Assembly (NCBI RefSeq): GCF_037042905.1
Contig: NC_087252.1
Span: 310,001 to 374,000, forward strand
Source of the DNA: Lytechinus pictus
Lineage: Eukaryota
Direction of reading: 5' to 3'
Length of the DNA stretch: 64,000 nt
The position numbers and the translations under genes are program-made. Positions 54,244 through 64,000 of this stretch are shown in pieces. Within the stretch, counting starts at the first letter, position 1. The number at the start of each line of letters is the position of its first letter. The notes under the pieces were generated by a model that saw only the letters and a program-made list of their open reading frames with translations, was not told the origin of the DNA and made no database searches.

Positions 54244-54500
54244 CTGTAAGGTCTCTTTGTGCTGCTGAATGGCTCTTAGGACCTTCTTCTTCTCAAGAAA
54301 CAGCATTGGCATGACCCTAGCAAAGGCTCTATCAAGAAGTTCTTCTCGTAACATCTCAGGTGAGGCATTGTAGTTCACCAGGGTCGTTGCTGACGCTGTT
54401 CTGGCACTGAGGTTGGGGTACATGTTGGTGGTTGCTATGGTGACACGGAAGTTCTCGTGGCCGAGTAATCTGCGTCCGCAGTATTTGATGAGTCGAGCAT
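54244..54500 (-). CDS. DNHD1: DNHD1-like dynein, exon (AAA5)
   Basis: LIKYCGRRLLGHENFRVTIATT..TTLVNYNASPEMLREELL; ctaaag| and CAG|gtagaa. Confidence 0.85.
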
Positions 54501-54891
54501 CTTTAGTTATAGAAAGTCCAAAATAAAGAGACAGGGATGTGTTTAACTGAAATGAAGTAGACTGTGGTGGATTTTTTTTTCTAAGTTCACTACTTATTTA
54601 ATTCTCTTATACACATACCAATTATGAAATTAAATGACTTTCCAACTGGGAATTTTTAATAGGGTAGCAGTAGGAGAGAGTACCTTGGAAGCTCTCAGAA
54701 CGAGTCCATAGTTTAGCAGAACCTTGAGCATCTTGTATATGACGTCCTTTTCATCACGGTACAATGCCTACTTTAATTGTTATCATTAAAATGACGTAGT
54801 GACTTGAATTCCTTGTGTATTAGAAGAATGTTAATCACATAATTCAAATCTTAAAATACAGGATTAAAAAATCAACTATGATTTGACCTAC

Positions 54892-55040
54892 CTCCACTAC
54901 CGCCCTCTTCAGTTCCGTGGTTAGCATGGTGAATGAGAGGAGCAGACATGGAATCAACACTATCTACACTGTTCATCATCAATAGAGGGCGTCCTCCAAG
55001 AATGGCCTTCTCTATACGCACAACCATGGATGGGTCAAAC
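54892..55040 (-). CDS. DNHD1: DNHD1-like dynein, exon (AAA5)
   Basis: FDPSMVVRIEKAILGGRPLLMMN; gtatcag| and GGAG|gtaggt. Confidence 0.85.
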
Positions 55041-58000
55041 CTGATACGAAAAAGCCAACACATTATTTCCTCAAATTTCATAAAATTATTCAACGATTAC
55101 AACTTGCCAAAAATGTGTGCTGCATCTTTTTAGCAAGAATCTCTCTATAAAGACACTGCATCTTTTCATAGCATACTTATAGACATTCGCCATTTATTTG
55201 TTTATGATGAAATGTGAGGAACAGTGATGAAAAGCCATTTGTGCGATTCCTGCGGGGAAACCTGCAGCCCTGACTTCTGATATACAAGCTACTTAAATCA
55301 ACAAATAACATAGCCTTGTTGCGACAGCATGAATTTCAAAGAAATCCCAAACATTTCATGGGAATGTTCACAATATATTTTTGTAGGATGATTCTCTTTT
55401 GTTAAATATGTTAAGGTAATTTGATCTGTCCATACACCCATATAAGTAAACATTAGTTAAATATTTTAATATGTAATTCCTCCCCCTATCCCTCTGCGCC
55501 TCGGAATAGTTTCCTAGATAGATGGCCAGGTAGATGGCGCATAGTAAATGCTGTGTTTATTATCACTATTATTATTATTCAACCTTTCAATCACTTTGAT
55601 TTCACAAGGAGTGTAAGAAATGGCTGCCACAACACCATTACCAATGGGGGAAATACAGATTGTATGTACATGTATACGAGGGGAGAAAGGCTCTATTTCT
55701 GCAGGTTCTACATTATACTGCCACAACATAGTTTTTATATAAAGCAATAAAATCTAAAATTGACAGATTTCCCTAGATACAGTGTAAGAGCACAATCATA
55801 CAACACAAAAAATATACATTCACAAGCTGACTTATTGACTATGGATCTACCAACATCAAATGAGCTTTAACAACAACAAAAAAGACCATCTGGTTGAAAC
55901 ATAAATACTTAATGTAATTTTTCTTAAAATACAAAATATTTTGAGCTTCTCAAGACGTTTAGAATGTTTGCAAATAACTGCATCACTTTGGGGTTTTATC
56001 ACATTAACTTTTCTTCTTTTTGTCAGGCCCGACTCTTTTGAACTTGTCATTGATTAATTCAAAATTTCTATGCAGAATCAAACTTAAGTATGAAATAAAC
56101 TTGTACAGATGGGATCTTCATAGAAATACGATATATAAAAAAACCCAAGATAATGTGGATTTATATGCCTTTACATAAGCACCACAGACATTTTAAATGA
56201 CATACCCGAGCTTATTTTCCACATGGCTATGGCAAGCATGGTGATGAAAAGAATAGTAAACAAATTTCATGAGATATAAATTTGAAAAGCAACAAAATAC
56301 AATGCAAACAAATCAAACAATTTCAAGCTATACTGACAACAGTGTATCATAAAGATATTATTCTGTCTTATTATCCCTCTATTTTCACTATGTATAGTGT
56401 TTGGATTTGTGTAAACACAATGAGGTATATCAAATTTTTGTTTCCTCAATCCCACCAAAAAGCATAAATAAATTAAATTAAACAATTACTAAATTATACA
56501 TGTAGTAAATACATAAATAAAGAAGAAAAAAAACATAAGTAAATACATACATAAAGAAAAAATACATAAAAAGTTTATAAATGAATAAAATACACTAATG
56601 AATAAATAAATAAATAAATAAATAAAAAGTAACTACATGTGACTAACTAAATAACTAACTAACTAACTAACTAACTGACTATTTAACTGACTGAATAGAT
56701 AAATAAAAAAAAAGTTATCTACAATATAAATGAGTGATCACTTGTATATTTACTCTAAAACAGGCAGCAAGTTTATGGCTTACACAGTACGTTAAGTAAA
56801 ATTATATCGTACAAATCGTATTAAATGCACTAAAATTGAGGAAATTAAAATTTAAAACTATGCAGAGTATACAGGACACTGCAATGTCACTTGAAAGGCA
56901 ATTGGAGTATAGTTCAAATAGCACTTATGAATTAACAACACTACATAATAATTTTTCAAACAAGCCAAAGCGGAAAACATCTATGTTCTAATATGCACCG
57001 GGCAATATAATGTATGTGCTTATTGTTCTAGTGCAAGACACACGACTTCTATCTCGAGATTTCAAGAATTTTCAACTACAAAATGGCACTATGATAAACT
57101 GAATAGCAAGCAAATCAAGAAATGATTTCAAGCCTGTTAATATTCAACAGTGCAGGTAGGTGTTCAATAAAGCTGTTTGTAAAGCACGACGGGAACATGT
57201 TCTTTGCTGCTACAGTAAGTCAGCTCCATAGGGATGTATGACATAGCACAAGAAAGGAATACCAGTCGTGCGTAAAGTCATTACTAACTTACAAACAGCT
57301 TTATAAAACACCCACCATGAGACAATTAAAGGTGCTACAGTAGCTTTAAAAAAAGTGCAATGGCAAAAAAAGGCAAAAAAATCCAAAGTGCCTTTTTGGG
57401 GAGAAAGCAGAGGAGATGTGGGCAAAGAAATGGATGAGGAAATGGAAGGGGATAATAAATGGAGGGAGAGAAATTACAAGCGAGATATAGAGATGAAAAG
57501 TAAAAAAGGAGTGGAAAATAGGAGGGAAAGAGAACAATTATGCTGACAGTGATACAACATTTGCTCCTACAACAATTGCCCCAGGCTTTATTTTGTCTAA
57601 GATGTTGGGTTAGAGTAGGGTCGCAATATGGATTTATATTAGGGTTGGGTGTGGTATACGACCCAGGGTTGAAGTAAGTCATTTGATCAGTGTATGGAAA
57701 TTATAGTGGATCAATTGTAGCCAGAGCAAATGTCATGGACCAAAATTGATAAAGACGAGAAAAAGAGCTTTGATTAAAGAGTATCAAGAAATAGACAGAT
57801 GGGAAAGGGATATTTGAAAGAGAGATGAGAATTAAAACAAAGAGGAGAGGAAGAAAGATTTGATGGAAAAAAGGAATAAGTAAAAAATATCATGAAAAGT
57901 AAAGAAGGCAATTGTGCAGGTCACACAGCTTTTGCAAGTCACACGGTTCTGAAACCCAAACTATAAAGCAGTGGCACTAAAATAGATACTCATGTGTAGA

Positions 58001-59233
58001 ACAAACAGTATATGTGCTTCTAAAAAAAGTTAGAACACTTTGGTTAATACTTTTTCTCCAATCATGAACTACTTTCTACAAACATGGAAAATCATGAAAA
58101 TTGATTTTTCTTTCACTGAACACCTTGCTGCAGCATTTCAGGGAAATGAACACAAGTTGATTTTAAGGACTTTAACAGTGGAGTAAAATTTCATATCACT
58201 TTCTTTGACAGTGGGGGCAATAGTGCCAGCAAGGAGGGGGTGATACATGTACATGTACATTGTATGCAATAAGTGTAGATCAGAAATTTGAATTGTGGAA
58301 AGTTCTGTTCTCCACAGATCACTATTATGATAGCAACAACACTACTAATGTAATCTACATCAATAATTACAATATAATGCACTTAGAAACACAAAGTATT
58401 GAGTGCTATTACATGTAACTATTATTGTTATTGTTGGACACTTGAGGGGTTTCCAAATATTTAATGAGTACTTAGTGAATATAAGTAGTGCTTCTCAATG
58501 GAGGTGGGATGAATGAGTAGGATGTTTGTATTAGTTCATGTAATGACATACAAAGAAAGATAGAAAGCTTACAATTCAAATGTGTCTTTAGAATACACAT
58601 GTATTTGTTGATGTCTCCTATAAATGAAACAGGATCAATGGACATTACAAATATCATGATTCTGAGGAAACAGTTGGTTAATCATTATTACATTGTCAAT
58701 GATAATGATACATGTACATTAAGAAAAATTAACACAGTTTTGGGTTGGTATGGTATCATTTATTTGTTGATGTCTCATTTGTTTCAATTTTCTTTTTCAT
58801 GGGGGTAATGGGGGGGGGGGGGTATCAAAAGTAGTCAAATTCAACATGAAAAATGAAATAATTAGATATATTCAGGTTTACAGTAAAAGATCCATGTACT
58901 TTGAAAATCCATTTTACCAAAAAACTCTTCAAAATATTATAACATTGAATCCCACAACCAACAAAATGAACCATCAACACAACATGAATAAACAAATATC
59001 AACAACTCAAAACAACAAACGTCCCTCAACCAGCACAAGCAAATAAAAAGAACATTCAAGCCTTGTTCATTAATGATGCGACAAAGTTCAGCAACAATAA
59101 AAATACATTGTACTGCAATGAGACAAATCAGAGCGCCTATGCAATAACATCTAATGATGGTCTACATTTATGTAAAGTCTAGAAAAATATTCTTCAGTTG
59201 TACGAATAAACTCATAAAATCATGACATCATAA

Positions 59234-59443
59234 TAGAGCTGCCAACCTGAACAAGAACATTTCAGTATTTCAAAAGCTGCATATCAGTATTTTGGTGAGG
59301 AAATCAGTATTTTCAAAGAAACACAATGGGACAACACATAAAACTGATACTTTAAATATCAGTATTTTGCATGAAATCATCAGAATTCTTCTCATGTTTC
59401 AGTACTACATGTAGTTACGAAAAATCAGTACTTGACAGCTCAG
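59234..59443. mobile_element. short MITE of the 6-bp-TSD family
   Basis: tcataa|tagagctgccaac ... ttgacagctcag|tcataa; internal tcagtatttt repeats as at 5841-5890. Confidence 0.8.
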
Positions 59444-60363
59444 TCATAACGAGTGTTAAGTGATATGAGTTTGTTTACTCTTTGGCAGATTGTGTTACGC
59501 TGACATATATAATTTCTGAAATTTAAATGATTCAGTTTTTGGTTGCCTTGCAACAACAAAAAATTGTCGCTTGCCTCTTCCATATTACTTGTTTAAAACT
59601 CACAATTGTATCTCTGACTTTTGTACAAAAAAAGTTGCTGAGCTTTTTGTATCACATCTGAAGGAATATCTACAAAATGCTTTCCAGGAAAATATTTAAA
59701 GCATGAATGCTGAAACTTACCATCTAGCGATGAAAATATCAAATGGAACATGCACGAAGGACACGGGGAGAAATACAAAAATGAAATGGAAAATTGAATT
59801 CTTGGGTGGCAATTAAATTTTGGCATTATTGTTTTCTCATTGTGCTCCATACTATAGCAAGACTGGCCATGCACTAACAGACATATTCATGTACATCCTG
59901 GTTATAAATCATTCTCGAGTAAACATTTTCTATTTGTCTAATGGCATCTACAACAGTATGTTGATTCTTCTCTGCAATTTATATATTTGACTACTTCTAA
60001 AAGATTAATTTGTTTTATTCTATCTACATGGCAATTTCAATCTTGATTGATGGGTACTTCAAAGTACTACATTTGACAAGACAATGCAATCTATGCAATT
60101 TTGAAGGAAATCTAAAGCTTCTAAATAAAGCTGAAAACAAAACAATTGGCAATCTTTTACCTTTTAATAGGGTGAACATGAACCAAAAATTCATACTGTA
60201 CATGTAAAAACTACAGAATCTAGAAGGGAACAAGGGACTATTGCATTTATCTAGTGAGCTTTACAAAACAATCACATACATGAGAAGAACTATGCCATAT
60301 AAACTACTTATATTTGGAAGAATATAAGCAATTGATGATAAAATAAACGATTGTGTTATTCAC

Positions 60364-60514
60364 CTTGTCTGCATATCAATGTTAACGAGGCGATGTTGAT
60401 AGATCATTCTCCGCAACCAACGTATGCCCTCCATATCAGGGTCAATCAGGTACGGGGGTCGTTGCCATGACGACTTCTGGATGGCAAGATTCTCCATTTG
60501 CCTCAAGCTCAGGC
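60364..60514 (-). CDS. DNHD1: DNHD1-like dynein, exon (start of AAA5)
   Basis: GLSLRQMENLAIQKSSWQRPPYLIDPDMEGIRWL resembles the dynein ENAxI..RxPLxIDPQxQxxxW motif; not in the ORF track. Confidence 0.85.
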
Positions 60515-60810
60515 CTAGTTTGAAAGAAATAAATATCAATTTATTTAAAGAATAGATAATTTCCCATGATGCCTAATTTCTTTTTTCAATTATAAATGAG
60601 CGACATAAATACAATTACTTAATATAAACACTCCTTTTTTGGAAATTTTTACTGTACAGTCATGTATTTTACATCTGGCTCTATGTGCAAATTTTTGCGG
60701 CATTCACACTACATGTAGCATTGGCCAAGATTGGAAGTAAAATCTTGGTCTGAAATAGCCCAGTTAAATTAGGGGTAAAGTTTAATCAAAATTAGTTAAG
60801 AAAACTAAGA

Positions 60811-61229
60811 TAGAATCGGTAAAGGAAATAATCTGTTGTCTCATGATGCAACATAATGTTGACAGGGATCGCAGCATTGACATCCCCGAGGAATGGCTTC
60901 TAACCATTCACCGGCATGCGCCCCCTACGACCGCCCAATACTCATCGGTGAATCGCCCGCTTTCCACGCCGCCGGCAGCCGACGGGATTTCCCCGAAGTC
61001 TGCATGCCGCCCAGCGATCGCACCGTCCTCGGCTTCTGATTGGTCGGTTGCTCCAACCAATAATAGCGTGGTGGTTCCGGCACCAACGGTACGCAGCTTA
61101 CGATATAAAAGGCGCACGCAGCAATTGTCCACTTCATTACCTGACGAAGACTAGGAGGTGCAGTCGAAACGTCGCAATTTCAGTTTGCCGCATCGTGAGA
61201 CAACAGATTATTTCCTTTACCGATTCTAT
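60811..61229 (+). mobile_element. Penelope-like retroelement 3' fragment (pseudo-LTR) with an inverted tail
   Basis: DRDRSIDIPEEW resembles the GIY-YIG C-terminal NRDxGxxLPxxW motif; CCAAT and TATAAAA are followed by a hammerhead core; 60811-60849 is the reverse complement of the 3' end. Confidence 0.75.
61136..61178 (+). ncRNA. minimal type I hammerhead ribozyme
   Basis: CTGACGA-a-gact(aggaggtgc)agtc-GAAA-c-GTC; stem I attac/gcaat has one mismatch; palindromic ACGT stem III. Confidence 0.7.
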
Positions 61230-61602
61230 ACTACCACGATGATAATATGAGATAATACATGCAACTATTATGCAGGTGGAAGCTTTAATTTAGTATTTGA
61301 TTTTTTACATCTTGGGTAGATGTTAACATAGCCAATTTATTCACTTTGATTTATGTTGGATCCTACAGTAATGTTCACACTGCTCTCCTTCAGAGTACCT
61401 TTCATTGTGACTGAAACCCCCTTAAATCATTTATTACATGTAGGTATATTGTTAAAAAAAATGAATCTTAAAATTAAATATCAGGCGTAGATGTCAACAT
61501 ACATGTAGCACATACTTAAGTTCTTTGTGATTTACCAACACCTTTAAAGCTTCAACAAGAATTTCTTTATGAACACAACCCAGTCCTTGCATTGACACTT
61601 AC

Positions 61603-61809
61603 CTTTAGTTCCCCAATCATGTACATTCTTCTCTCCTACTAAGAGCTTGATGAGTGATTGTACATATCTCTGGTACTCAGCACTGCCAATCTGAGGGAAA
61701 GCATCAACGTCGTAAGCATGCTGGCTCTCTGCGATTCCACTCATTGCTGTCATGCCTCGTGGAGGTTCCTCTCCGGTCGGTTGCTCGTTGCGTGGAGTCT
61801 CTTGGGCTT
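61603..61809 (-). CDS. DNHD1: DNHD1-like dynein, exon
   Basis: ttttgcag| and AAAG|gtaagt, phase 1-1; ..LLVGEKNVHDWGTKG. Confidence 0.8.
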
Positions 61810-61979
61810 CTGCAAAAGATTTTTCAAATGTATCATTTTTTAGGGGTTGTGGCTCAGTGGATTAGTCAGCAGAAATATATTAACTAATGCAGGCTGTTGA
61901 CCAGACTGTCAGGATTAACATGCAGGAGTGATGTCACAATAAGGTCACAAAGATTAACAAATATTCCAGTGCTTACAAA

Positions 61980-62153
61980 CTTTTGAGGAATTATTTCCTG
62001 CTGATGATAACCATTTACCTACATGTGTAGGTTGAGCGCAGCACGTTGTGGATTAATTTCTTGCTGAAAAAAATTACGCCACAGCTGGCATTTCAACCCA
62101 TGAGCCTCTGTTTCAAAGTCCTCATACTAATCCACTGGGCCACAATGCTCCAC
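61980..62153 (-). mobile_element. tRNA-derived SINE, 5' half
   Basis: Similar to the 45968-46243 copy. Confidence 0.65.
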
Positions 62154-62193
62154 GTGCTCTAATTGGAAATGACTGCTGTGTACCCATTCATGC

Positions 62194-62380
62194 ATACTAA
62201 ATTGTGCTGCCACTCAACGCAGGTGATGTGAATGGGTATGCGGTAGGAATAATTCCTTGAATGCACTGAACACTGAAAGTGGCAGCTTGAGCTGAAGCTT
62301 ATGAAATATAGTGTTCTTCTAAATAGATTACATCTAGTACACATCTAGATGGCATTATATAAATGCATATTATTTTCATT
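62194..62380 (+). mobile_element. tRNA-derived SINE, 3' half
   Basis: gtgaatgggta..aattccttgaatgcactg..gcagcttgagctgaagc family body. Confidence 0.65.
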
Positions 62381-62387
62381 ACTCTAC

Positions 62388-62699
62388 CTTGTGTCTGAGA
62401 TAGCAGAGCATTCATCTCCTCTTCCTTCTCCTTCATCTCTTGGCTTCTCCTATCTTCTTCTCCTCCTTCATCTTCTCTTTCCTTCTCTCCATCTTCCCTT
62501 TCCTTTCCTTCATCCTCCACCTCTCCTTCATTCTCAGTCACTTGTTCATTGATTGGTGTCTTGGCTTCGTCTTCTTGTCGTTGTGCTGGTGTTCCTTCGC
62601 TGTCCCGCTGGCCGAGGTCTAAGGGTGGGATGGCACTTTCCATACCGGTGTTGGCTCTGGTCTTGGGTGAAGTGTGGATCGCCCATTCAACAATCCAAC
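62388..62699 (-). CDS. DNHD1: DNHD1-like dynein, exon (acidic insertion)
   Basis: atttcag| and CAAG|gtagag, phase 1-1, open frame. Confidence 0.75.
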
Positions 62700-62800
62700 C
62701 TGAAATATAACAAAGAATATAAATCAGTTGAAAAACCAGAAACATAGAAATTCTAAGGTTACAAACAAAGAATGATGATGATTAATTATTCTGTAACATC

Positions 62801-62960
62801 AGGGGCCCGTTTCATAAAGGACTTGCAACTGTTGTAAATTTGCCATAATGGCAACTACTATGGTAACAGGGCTCAGCAGCCAATCAGAATCAAGGTTACC
62901 ATGATAGTTGCCATAATGGCAAAGTTACAGCAGTTGCAAGTCCTTTATGAAACAGGTCCC
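62801..62960. mobile_element. palindromic MITE (relative at about 12937-13090)
   Basis: ggggcccgtttcataaaggacttgcaactg / cagttgcaagtcctttatgaaacaggtccc. Confidence 0.8.
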
Positions 62961-63326
62961 AGTTCCACCAATCTGCCGCTAGTGGCAAATAATAAAAAAA
63001 AAAAATTATGTCTCAATTGAGTCTAATTGATATTCAGTAATGAAGGAGTAATTAAAATTCCAACATTCCAAAACGTAAGTTTAAACATTCATTATTCGAA
63101 CAGATGATGTGAACGTATAAAGTAACAAAGAGATCTCCAACTTCAGAGTTATAATGTGAGTGCCAAACTTTCAATAATTTATTTCAGTTCATCTTTAGAA
63201 ACAGGCGTAGCAATGAAAATTATCTGAAACAAAAAATTAAAAAAATTTAAACTCACATGACTCTAGTTAGAGATCTCTTTGTTCCTTTATAAGTTCCAAA
63301 GTTTAGTAATATATGTAATAACCAAC

Positions 63327-63546
63327 CTTTCATTGGATCTATGGCATCAATGACCAAAGGAACACCCCTCTCTTGAAGACACAGCGGCCAATGAACAGTC
63401 AGAACGGATCGACGGAACTTAGGATCATAAGGGCCAAGGTAGGTAGCGAAGGCTGCTGCCATTGCAATGGCTCCAGAGATGGCAAACTCTCGTTGAGGAA
63501 GGGATTGACAGATCTGAATGCAGTGCTGGTGCTCCATAGCCAGGAT
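63327..63546 (-). CDS. DNHD1: DNHD1-like dynein heavy chain, internal exon (end of stalk; gene continues beyond the window)
   Basis: ISGAIAMAAAFATYLGPYDPKFRRSVL matches the dynein post-stalk motif (AAFxxYLGPF); gatag| and AAAG|gttggt. Confidence 0.85.
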
Positions 63547-63864
63547 CTATCAGGAAAAATGTTAAATATGAGAAATTGTAAAATAAACACATACTTGGAA
63601 AATTATTAAGAACTTATGCAGATCAGAGATTCATGAAGTAGGATTTTTTGTTTTGCAGGGAATACAATGCATATGAGCTAGTTCAGCCATATAAGGAAAG
63701 TTACTACATTGTATTTAAGTATTAATTACCAATGTGGTGACTTAGCCTGCATATATGTGACTGGAGTCTATGGAAAACAAGTGTTTTAGTTAGCAAAAGC
63801 TCTCCAACAGCTTAAGAACAGACTAAATTGTCGCCTATTCAATGGCGCACTACACATTACCATG

Positions 63865-63966
63865 GCAATTTCTTGCTGAAGGCACTTTACGCCATGACTG
63901 GGATTTGAACCCACAACCCTCTGCTTCAAAGGCAAGACTAAGGAACCACTAAACCACAATGCTCCA
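63865..63966 (-). mobile_element. tRNA-derived SINE head fragment
   Basis: aatttcttgctgaagg..gatttgaacccac..ccactaaaccac matches the family head. Confidence 0.6.
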
Positions 63967-64000
63967 CATAACTTGATGGATCACATCACTCACATGTCTG

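Noticed and set aside
60843..61242. Several 60-100 aa ORFs in a GC-rich island
   Set aside because: They are explained by the Penelope-like fragment and are not a host gene.

Overview
This is AT-rich, intron- and repeat-rich animal genomic DNA. The repeat families look echinoid (sea urchin), which is an inference. I reconstructed three protein-coding genes by hand, with GT-AG splice sites and consistent intron phases throughout. (1) A 4-exon minus-strand gene (15148->1311) encodes an N-terminal ribbon-helix-helix-like motif, an acidic region with SUMO motifs and nine tandem C2H2 zinc fingers. (2) A 7-exon plus-strand gene (23773->28851, about 825 aa) encodes an IFI44-like N-terminal domain with no visible P-loop, a long coiled coil and a death domain. 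(3) The last 23 coding exons (about 2070 aa, 63546->33633, minus strand, 5' end outside the window) belong to a divergent DNHD1-like dynein heavy chain, which carries an extra ~510-aa disordered tail after the normal dynein C-terminus. Non-coding DNA holds nested non-autonomous DNA transposons (hAT-like with 8-bp and 6-bp TSDs, TTAA-flanked piggyBac- and Kolobok-like elements, palindromic MITEs). It also holds Helentron-type HINE elements with tandem arrays, tRNA-derived SINEs, a Penelope-like fragment with a hammerhead ribozyme, and microsatellites. Two other oddities are a 113-bp perfect hairpin that looks like a templated insertion and a strong excess of the octamer TACATGTA. I found no prokaryotic system, CRISPR array, rRNA gene or intact tRNA gene.
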